Positions 38,951 to 48,379 of a DNA stretch of 64,000 nucleotides are shown one piece after another (positions within the stretch are counted from its first letter, which is position 1; each line of letters begins with the position of its first letter). The translations under genes were made by a program, and so were the position numbers. The notes under the pieces were generated by a model, which was not told the DNA's origin, did not search any database, and saw nothing but the letters and a program-made list of their open reading frames with translations. Source of the DNA: Cycas panzhihuaensis (lineage: Eukaryota; Plantae; Cycadophyta); assembly GCA_023213395.1 (NCBI GenBank), contig CM041465.1:145769741-145833740 (forward strand), written 5' to 3'.

Positions 38951-41900
38951 CGGTCAAACATGCCAAGGCTAATGCACCATAAACAAGACACCAATGGACA
39001 AGGGAGAAAAAACGATCGCAGAAGATGGATTGTGAAATGGCAGATGAATCAAATCAATTTGAAGCAAAATTTGATCAACGTAGGGTCACATGTGCAGATA
39101 AAATTCTTTGTTGCCCAAACATAGGTTAAAAATATATGTATATTTGTTTTGTAATGTTTAATACATTAAATCCCCTTTAATTTTATTTTGAGTTTTGGTA
39201 ACCACACCCCCTCCCACATAAGCTAGTCCCTTGGTCATATGACCTAATAAGTGCTAAGCCATTTTCTAAGTCATGGAAGGGTCTTTAGACAAAACAAAGA
39301 ACACTTTCACATTGTACTTTTTCATGTTCTACATGATAAGCTTGGTCATATGGGCAGATTCTGAGTCCTTGTGTGGTGTGTGATGACTTGGTGTGTTTTG
39401 CTGGCACTTTGCATGGTGACCGAAGACCCCATAGTCAGCATTTTCTAATAAAATAAGTGTATGCTATATAAGGGCTATTTAATGCCCACTATTCTTTTGT
39501 GTTTTAGGGTGCATTTTGTATCAGAAAATGAGTATGCTTACTTTCCCATTCAATTAAAATGCCTCAGAGGACCTACCATTACTGCAAGAAACCTAGTCAT
39601 ATCAAAAGATATTGTCAATTGTCACAAGTTGGTTAGTAGTGTAGAGACAATTGCTCCTATCTCAGCTCATAATAAAAGGTACAATGATGTATGGTATATA
39701 GATTTGGGTGCTTCTAGACATATGATAGGCAAGCTTGACTAGTTCAGGCACATGTGGGAAGCATTATCACATACTGTATCTTTGGGAGAGAATAAAATAT
39801 TAACTATCAAAGGCATTGGAGAGGTTCCAATTACAACTCCATACTATAATGATTATTATATGGAGAATGTTCTGTACGTGTCTAGATTAAAAAAGAATCT
39901 GATTTTTGTTAGTCAGATGGAGGACAATGGAATGAGTGTTCTTTTTAAAGGCAGGAAGACGATTATTAGTGATTGTGAAGGCAAAACAGTCGCAGAAGAA
40001 GTAAGAGAAAATCGTCTTTATAGGCTCTTAGGTAAGTCTATAAACCAAAGAGCATATTTGATTGCAAGTGTATCAAATAAGATTCAACTTTGGCATGAAA
40101 GTTTGGGACATCTGCATTTTCTTGGCTTGCAATTGATGAAAAAGCTAAATATGGTACATGGTCTGCCAAAATTCAAAGTGAAAAACGACATATGTGAAAC
40201 TTGTATTAATGGGAAGCAGCATAGGAAAATTTTTCCAAAAGATAAGGCAACTAAAAAGCTAAACCTGGTACACTCAGACATTTATGGTCCTATGCCAACC
40301 ACTTCGCTTGGAGAAATAACATATCTGTTAACCTTCATTGATGATTATTCTAGGAAAATCTAGGTTTATCCATTGAAGGAGAAGCCTCAGGTGCTTGAGA
40401 CAATTAACGAGTTTGAAGCAAAAGTTGAGAAGTAAAATGGACAAAGAATCAAGGTACTAAGGTCAAATAATAGGGGAGAATTTACCTCCAGAGCCTTTGT
40501 ACAGTTTTGTAAGGACCATAACATAAAGCAATTGTCATCAGTAGGATAGGTTAGCTGAGAGGACAAATAGGATGTTGGCTGAAAAAGCTAAGCTATTGAT
40601 GAAGACAAAGAATCTTTGAAATATCTTTTAGACAGAAGCGATATGTACAACAACTTAGCTGATAAACAAGGGTATAACTAAAGCTGTAAGGGATAAATAC
40701 CTGGAGAAGCATGGTCAGGTTGTAAGCTTATAATCAGTCATCTCAAAATCTTTGGAAGCATAATGTATATGCAGGTTCCCAAAGATGAACATCATAAGGT
40801 CGTTGATAAAAGCTTGAAAGACATTTTTGTTGGGTACAATGAAGAGAATAAAGCATATCAGATATACAAGTTGACAACTAAGAAGGTTCATACAACTCGG
40901 GTGGTTATCTTTGAAGAAGATGACAAACTAGTTAAGGAAGTCATCTCTAAAGAGACTGATAAGTAGGTGATAGATTGGGGTCAAGATCTAGACATCTGAA
41001 AGATTTGGAAAGACAAAGGGAAGCAGATTTAGGAACAACCTGTATCCAGTTCTTCAAGTCAACATGTTGTTAAGCCAAAGACTGAGCCAAAGGAGGAAGA
41101 AATTGAGGAGGAGAAATTTGAAGATACCCAAGAGACACAGTCAGAACCTGAGGTCATTTCATCTGTCAAATTTCCTAAATGGTACATGAAGATCGTTGAG
41201 CAAGCTTAGTTGTTTGAGATAAAGGGAAAATGGAAATAAAAAATGAGGCCTAATACTTTGTTAGCAGTCTAGTCTGATAAATTCAGTTGATCATATAAAC
41301 ATTAAGGGGGAGTGTTAGAATTAATGTTCATATGAGGACGAGACAAGGTGTGAGTCATCAAGGTTGATGACATGTGTCATAGGAATTACAAGAGTCCTAA
41401 ATGGACTTGTGACAAATGTCAGGGCAGTTGCAGATTCTTTTATGGACTGTTACTAATCCGTAGTGTATGTTAAGGGTGTAACATATGTGTTGTAAACAAT
41501 GGATTGGAGATCATTCTCAATGAATGAAAATCATCTTGTAGGTAGACTAATTCTACCTGGTTTCTATCCATGTGTTTTATAATGTTGTGAGTGTTTATTG
41601 GTTCCAATTTTTGATCCCATAATTCACAACTATGAGGGATAGTAAGAGGGAAAACAAAATTACCAAAGGAAATGGATATATAAAAAACATGATTAGGAAC
41701 CATGTCAAATACCTTGTTGGATTTATTTGATTGCTTGCATTTTTTCTCGATTTGCTTAGTGTTTTTTTTTCATACCATTCTTCAGATTCTTTTATCTCCA
41801 TTGGATCCTCTTTCGATTGCTTGATAATGAGTTGCTTCTGCATAAGTATTATTTGAATCATATTGCTTTGCTATTTCTTCTTTGAATTTGTCTTCCTTGC

Positions 41901-43303
41901 AAATGGGCTTTTCTTGCTCGTAATCTCTTGTATCCTCATATTCTTTGTGCAGTTGTGTTGGTTCTTCTCCACTTTCTCATACTGAGTCCTTTTTTTGATG
42001 GGATGCCCCCGTTTTATACAACATTTTTACAAGTAGTTTTTCAAATCTTCAAGCATTTCTAGGACTAATTGTATGTTGTTATCCATTGCGAACGACTCAA
42101 ACTGCATTGATTGTTAGTGCCTAAAATTCTTCATGTAGCTTGAATGGCAATTTCTCTTACAATTATTTCTTAAAAATGCTCATGTGATAGCTTATTTTGA
42201 AGATCTCTAAACTAAGATTTTGACAGTTTAGGTGAAATTCAACTTTGATACCATACAAAAAAGATATGAAACTCAAAAAATAGGGTTTAGTTCCTCGTTA
42301 CTTACATTTTGCATATAACCGCCAACTAGTAGATAAGGGGCTAGTGGACTTTAATTTCCTATCCAATCGAACTTCATTCGATGAAAACTTTGTGAAAAAG
42401 AATACTATAAAGTTTTTTATAAAAATTATTTCAACTTGATATATTTGTCAATGGCAATTGAGGGATAGTCAACACATTAAAACTCGTCAATTGCAGATCA
42501 ATTTTCTCTAGGTAAATCGACTTCTGGTGGGCAAAAAATGAGATAGTATATCTAATGCTCTCTCTTCGAGATAAAAATCAACACTTAGACTAAGTGAAAT
42601 CAAATATCCTTCATAGATTTGATTTGTCCTCCCTGTCGAATGATTTGCCCTCCTTGCCATAACTATTGGCAATTCCCCTTATGGTTCTCACACATCTTAT
42701 CCTATGTCTCTTGATTGTTGTTGGCAGTTACTCCTACTGCGAACTTTTAAAGTCATGGATGCTTGCATCTCCCAATTATGCTATGTTGAAAGATAATGTC
42801 TAATTTATGAATTATATGTTTAATGTTTGAAGTAAGGGCCCTATTATCATAGTTGGGCTTAGTCACAACTTAATGTCGTGACTCTGTGTGTGGGGTCTAT
42901 TATGCACACACTTTTTGTAACGTCTTTGTATGTTGATCATGCAAGGTGCCATGTGGTACCTTGCATGATCAACCCTTCATATTCCTATCTCATGTAAAAA
43001 ATTAAGGTTATTACTATAAGTACACACTCAATATGATATACAATTGAGGAGATTTATAATAGTTTTATCGTTGTCCATTTTTGTTTCTTGTGTATTGGAT
43101 GTGTACATTCTATCACTTGGTATCATAGCAGGTTTTGAGAGGCAACCATCCTCCCTCTCGGGATGGCACCTCTCAAACCTGGTTGTGTGAGTGATAGTTT
43201 TTGGTAAATCCTGTAACATCTGCAATATCTTTTAGCAAATTTGCTCCTTCTCAGCTTGTATGTGCGTCGATCCCTGTTCAATATAATCAACTATTACAGT
43301 ATA

Positions 43304-43863
43304 GTCATGGTGAAGCTAGCATCAATGAGAGATTTCAAGTTGTACGGGCCATCCCTTTCAAGAAACACACATGGCAACAGTCAATTTGTGGAGGTGGAGC
43401 TTCCGAAATGTGAGTGCTATGGATTGAAGGAAGATTGTACACCAACGTATATAGTGAGGGCTCGAGACAAATTTTACAGAAGATAGATTTGTGGGCTGTG
43501 TGTGGAAGTGATGAAAGATGAGCTCTGTAGGGCCAAATGGTGGATAGGAATAGAGAATGCCCTCAAAACCCACATGGCTTTTTGTCATGGTGAAGCTAGC
43601 ATCAATGAGAGATTTCAAGTTGTACGGGCCATCCCTTTCAAGAAACACACATGGCAACAGTCAATTTGTGGAGGTGGAGCTTCCGAAATGTGAGTGCTAT
43701 GGATTGAAGGAAGATTGTACACCAACGTATATAGTGAGGGCTCGAGACAAATTTTACAGAAGATGGATTTGCGGGCTGTGTGTGGAAGTGATGAAAGATG
43801 AGCTCTGTAGGGCCAAATGGTGGATAGGAATAGAGAATGCCCTCAAAACCCACATGGCTTTTT
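43304..43863 (+). repeat. 280-bp near-perfect tandem duplication within the DUF1677 copy
   Basis: 43304-43583 vs 43584-43863; I see only two substitutions, one creating TAG in copy 1. Confidence 0.95.
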
Positions 43864-44048
43864 GTATACAATTCAATGCCACTTATCCTGTGATTCATCT
43901 TGCTGCGGTGATGCATACGCTGTTGAAACAAAGTCTCGACTCACCTAGGGTCTTAAGATTGACTCCCTCAGGCCCTCACCTGATCAAAGGCATCGGCCAT
44001 TCGAGTCTCGTCAGTAGCCCCAACTGCATCTCCAGCTTAGCGCATTGA
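43587..44048 (+). CDS. DUF1677-family protein copy (open frame, 153 aa) inside the LTR element; possibly a pseudogene
   Basis: KCECYGLKEDCTPTYI...WICGLCVEVMKDE...ALKTHMAFC...SLDSPR matches the DUF1677 pattern CECCG..E.CT..YI / W.CGLC.EA.K.E; one conserved Cys is changed to Tyr. Confidence 0.8.
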   Translation: MVKLASMRDFKLYGPSLSRNTHGNSQFVEVELPKCECYGLKEDCTPTYIVRARDKFYRRWICGLCVEVMKDELCRAKWWIGIENALKTHMAFCIQFNATYPVIHLAAVMHTLLKQSLDSPRVLRLTPSGPHLIKGIGHSSLVSSPNCISSLAH

Positions 44049-44347
44049 GTCGTTGCAGGGTTTTATTTATTTTTACTTAGATGCCCCTTTTTTGGGTGGG
44101 GTTAAAGAGGATGAATCATTGACACACAAGCAACTATCTGATTCAGTTTGCTAGTTGGATAATGATAGATTTTCATCTTTGTTTTCCCACTCATCTTCAC
44201 ATATCTGCCAGACACTCATACTGCAAGTTGTTCTTCTGTTGATAAAATGCTTCAAATTAAAGATTGCTGGCCATCAAACACGTTCCACAAAGCTACAGAT
44301 GGTACGTGTAATTGCCATGGCACAATGGAATTTGTGCGGAACATTGA

Positions 44348-44962
44348 AATGTGAGTGTGGGAGAGCTGTTGGTTGCTCTTTAGGAGGTGGAATGGTTAGC
44401 GCCATCGCGGCCTTTGGCAGAATTCTTTGTGTGAGATTCACAGTGTTGAAAAGTTTTTCCAAATGGAGCAGCATGTCAAATGCAATCTCTCCTATTACCA
44501 TATCAATTATTTCATTCCATTGACTTTAATTCTTGGGGTGGGTTCTTTATGGAATCCTCTTGCACTTGTCACTGTTTTTAAGCAGGATTTGTCATTGCAT
44601 GTCTTAATGATAACTTTGCAGTTAGCTCCAATGACAATCTGACAGGAACAATTAGGCAATTTTCTCCACATTTAGCTACAAAGATGCAACCTTCAACCAC
44701 ACCAGTAAACTGAGGACGTCCACAAAAGAGAACTATTCATGTTTGTGGTCAACCTTGTCACTTTATTGTTTTCTTGCTTTCATCAGTTAGTGCTCTACTG
44801 TTGTTCATAGCTTGCAGCATCATAACACTTCTATGGGCATTACTAACAGGCATGTTGTCTATCCTTATTCAGGCAACCTTCTACACTCCAAATCTCAAAG
44901 CTTGCCTCGACACTTTCCGTGAAGAATTTCGTGCTATTTTGCAGAGCTACAATGATCTTTGA
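44348..44962 (+). pseudogene. PRA1: Processed (intronless) PRA1.A-type prenylated Rab acceptor retrocopy
   Basis: With frameshifts and stops reads NVSVGELLVAL*EVEWLAPSRPLAEFF/RFTVLKSFSKWSS/VKCNLSYYHINYF...CLNDNFA...IRQFSPHLATKMQP...TPNLKACLDTFREEFRAILQSYNDL*, colinear with plant PRA1.A over nearly the full length. Confidence 0.9.
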
Positions 44963-45076
44963 ATAAATTGGTGAGTGAGTAAAGAATTGGAATTGAGGTT
45001 ATATGAAACAATTGAGCAAATTGATTTGCGAATGTATTGAAATGTCTAGATGTTCAGTTCTCATATGGGGGCAGAG

Positions 45077-45208
45077 GAGTTGTAGGAGGAACCCAAGTTC
45101 CTTAAGAATGGAGATGCAAGCTTTGTGAAGTTGGTTCCGTCAAAGCCTATGGTTGTGGAAACCCTTTTAAAGTATCCTCCACTGGGTCGTTTTGCTGTAA
45201 GGGATATG
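45077..45208 (+). pseudogene. EF1A: eEF1A (elongation factor 1-alpha) domain III fragment
   Basis: [43 protein letters not shown]. Confidence 0.93.
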
Positions 45209-47072
45209 CTACACTTATCACTCTTGCGCAAATTGTAGAAGTTTGTCTTCCAGCAGGTTTTGTTTGAATTTTACAGACAATTGTGGGAATTTATTAACAC
45301 TAATAGATGCATTGATCTTTGGATGTATATCTGTCCAAAAGATTGACATCTGCCATGAATCTGCATTGGACATAAAAATTCTTGTAGTTATGTTGCCAAA
45401 GACTGCAGATGATAACTTAGAACAAAATTTGAAAGGCTGATTTTTTTATTGTGACATAAAGTAGTTGAGGCATATGAGAATTTTAATTGAAGCTCAACAA
45501 AACAATTCTTGAGCTTTTGTGAGTAATGAGATGCTTGTTGATCCCTTTTAAGGGATACCTCTTGAAGTGCCTATTGTCTACTTTTTTTGGGCACACAACA
45601 CGAAGTGTGATTCTAGGTTTGTACAAAGTATTAATGAAGGAGCTTGTGCATTCTTTGGAGGTTACAACTGTCACCATCTATATCACTTTGGTAGCATTTC
45701 AGATTTGCATGCATTTTGGATAGCTACATTAGGACGTTGCATTTCCTCCAATATTTATGCATCAAACTGCAGTTGTTGTTGCTATTACAATAGCCATATT
45801 TGACAGATTTACATGAATGAAATGTGTTTCCTGAATTGCATTTATTTCAGCTAATACTAGATGTAATATTGAGTTTGGAGGCACAAATAATTTGCCCTCC
45901 TCATCGCCATTAGTAATGGTGTGTTTTTCCTTTTTTTTGTGGAAGATGGCATAAATGCCACTTCCTTCACTTAAGGGTATATTGACAATTTATTACCATA
46001 TGCAATTGGTGTTTTACCTAAGGAGTGAACTATCGCTTGCATTTTTCTTGGCATGTAGCAGTACATATGATACTCACAAAATGTTTGACAGAATGTTTAG
46101 CTCTACAGGTATCTATGTAGTCAAGTAGTTTGACTTGCTCCTGAGGTACATGTTAGATATAGATCTAGTTCATGTTGATGAACCATGTATGCGAAGACAT
46201 TACCTAAACAACCGATGGACACAGTGACTGGTCACCCGTGTGATCTGGTGGATAGTGATATCTTTATATGGATGTTAGCGTCATTTTCTTATTAAGTAGA
46301 TTGATGGTCAACAGGAATTGTATTTGATACATTTTTTAATTGTAAAAAATTAAACATTATGGGGGGATGTTGGAAGATAATGTTTAATTTATGAATTATA
46401 TGTTTAATGTTTGAAGTAAGGACCTTATTGTCATAGTTGGGTTTAGTCACAACTTAGTGACGTGACCCTATGTGTGTGGGGTCTATTATGCACTCACTTT
46501 TTGTAATGTCTTTGTATGTTAATCATACATGATCAACCCTTCATATTCCTATCTTATGTAATGAATTAAGGCTATTACTATATATATACACACTCAATAT
46601 GATATACAATTGAGGAGATTTGTAATAGTTTTATCATTGTCCATTTTTTGTTTCTTGTGTATTGGGTGTGTACATTCTATCATGCTAGCAGTGTCTCAGC
46701 CTCAATGACTTTTGAAATTAAGACAAGCTACATCTCCTACTATCGCAGTTTTAATGGCATTCAAGATGCTTTGTAGGATTGGTGACTGTGGGGTCTGTTG
46801 AATTGTCGGGAATAAGGGGATATGCTTGTAACCCTAATAGAGTATGCCTTGGATCAATTTAACAACTTGGACTTCTACGATCTTCCTTGGTGACATAGTT
46901 AGGACAAGTTCATTCTTCATAACTGCAATATCATTTTTAGGTGTCCTGCTGCATTGAGGATGCCCAATGGATTCTTGTGTTGCTTTCCAATACTCGTTAG
47001 TATTGTTGCATTGTCCCTTATGAGGATAGTCGAGATCCCATCGATTACTCAAGATTCTTCAAAGCTTCATGG

Positions 47073-47116
47073 CACACACACACACACATATAATAACATA
47101 TGTGTGTGTGTGTGTG
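47073..47116. repeat. Inverted (CA)8/(TG)8 microsatellite hairpin
   Basis: CACACACACACACACATAT-aataac-ATATGTGTGTGTGTGTGTG; 19-bp perfect stem. Confidence 0.9.
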
Positions 47117-47169
47117 TTTGGCATACTTTGTTTCAGCCAGAAACATTCTTTCCTTTTCTTATGTCACTT

Positions 47170-47880
47170 CAACCTCCAGATAATGATGTAGTAGACCCAT
47201 GTTTGTGATTTCAAAGGTCTTCAATAGATTCCCTTTTACTTATTTAATACTGTCTTCATCATTGCTTGTGATAAGCAAAACATCAACATAAACTGCTATA
47301 ACTATGATGAGTCTTGTATTCTTAACTTTGATGTAGAGATTCAGATCAAATTCACTTTTGTAGAAGCCTTCCCCTTTTAGACATCAGTTGATCTTCTTAT
47401 ACCATGCTCTAGGAGCTTGTTTTAAGCCATACAAAACCTTCTTCAATTTATAGACCATATGATCTTTCCCACTTTTGATGAATTTAGGTTGTTCCATGTA
47501 GACATCTTTCTCTAGATCTCCATTTATTAATGCATTTTTTACATCCGTTCGATAGATTTTCTAGTTAAATTGGATAGGTAATGTTATAATGGTTCGTATG
47601 GTGATTAATTTTGTTACGTGAGCAAATGTTTCTTCACAATCAATTCATTCATTTTGAGTGAATCCCTCGACTACCAACTTGGCTTTATGTTTTTCTATCA
47701 TTACATTTGTTCTGTATTTTGTTTTGAACAACCATTTGCATCCAACAACTTGCTTACCATTTGGAAGCTTGGTCAATTACCATGTGTTGCTCCTTTGAAT
47801 GGCAAAGATTTCTTCTTCCATTGCCTTATCCTAGTCCCAATTTCCGTTGGCTTCTTCAAAGGTTATGGGTTTGTCTTTGT
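47170..47880 (-). mobile_element. Ty1/copia reverse transcriptase fragment
   Basis: On -: [42 protein letters not shown]. Confidence 0.8.
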
Positions 47881-48045
47881 TTAAGGCACAACTAAACGTT
47901 GCAATATTTCTTGGGTAACTTCTTGACCTAATTTGTGTTTCATTTTCCATGGTTGCCTAATTTATTCCCGAGTCATGTAGAGTGGATACATACCATTTTG
48001 ATATCCTTTTTTAGTGGCAGACTATCAATTGTTTCAATTGACACA

Positions 48046-48352
48046 TGTTGAAGATTATAATAGAGAGATAGAGCCACAATCACACTTTGAAAATTAGTTT
48101 CTAAAGTCTAATTGTATTCATCTTTATATCAAAATTACAACACAACTAATGTGCATATAAACACTTCTACGAATGTGACCTACATGCATCTAAAGTGACA
48201 CGTGTTGAATGATTAACCCCATGACTCATCATTCAAACACAATAATAATAAAAAATAACTAAAAGCACAATACAAAGGGGGAGTCTCATAACTTAACATT
48301 ATGAACTTAATCAACATGTAAACAATAAATAATTTTAACATTCCCCCTTAAT
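48046..48352 (-). mobile_element. Copia-like 3' LTR + PPT; body lost or interrupted by the adjacent LINE
   Basis: TGTTGAAG...TTTTAACA followed by CCCCCTTAATG, the same PPT context as the other copia elements here. Confidence 0.6.
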
Positions 48353-48379
48353 GTTTACATTATCAATGTTGACGATACA

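Larger units (their letters stand above)
31571..41628 (+). mobile_element. Non-autonomous Ty1/copia element (RT/RNaseH deleted) with non-TE cargo and a nested gypsy
   Basis: LTRs 31571-31879 and 41313-41628; PPT TTAAGGGGGAG; degenerate TSD GCTAC/ACTAT. Gag knuckle remnant YHYCKKPSHIKRYC (~39575); protease WYIDLGASRHM; LWHESLGH; integrase LVHSDIYGP, FIDDYSRK. No RT between integrase and PPT. Confidence 0.88.
24077..42253 (-). mobile_element. Highly decayed gypsy-derived host element, interrupted by a LINE and a copia
   Basis: On -: PBS TGGTATCAAAG (42243-42253), gag-like remnant ~41700-42200, then FEDEAL*GEG + PPT (24421-24432) and an LTR starting TGTCCCATG at 24419. LTR far end (~24077) is uncertain and no matching 5' LTR was found. 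Confidence 0.45.
42784..46682 (+). mobile_element. LTR retroelement without recognisable TE genes, carrying several captured host gene copies
   Basis: LTRs 42784-43115 and 46368-46682 (TG...CA); perfect 5-bp TSD TGCTA; tRNA-Met-type PBS TGGTATCATAGC at 43118; PPT ATGGGGGGA before 46368; no gag/pol recognised. Confidence 0.93.

Noticed and set aside
33164-38955. TSD for the nested gag-protease element
   Set aside because: Flanks GCCAT and CGGTC do not match convincingly, so no TSD is claimed
39500-39620. Possible captured host exon (VHFVSENEYAYF...)
   Set aside because: Another frame gives the copia gag zinc knuckle YHYCKKPSHIKRYC
42254-42780. 5' LTR partner of the 24077-24419 LTR
   Set aside because: Follows a PBS but shows no visible similarity to that LTR
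46834-47208. Possible BPG2 exon or other gene fragment
   Set aside because: No frame resembles the YqeH C-terminal domain or any family I recognise
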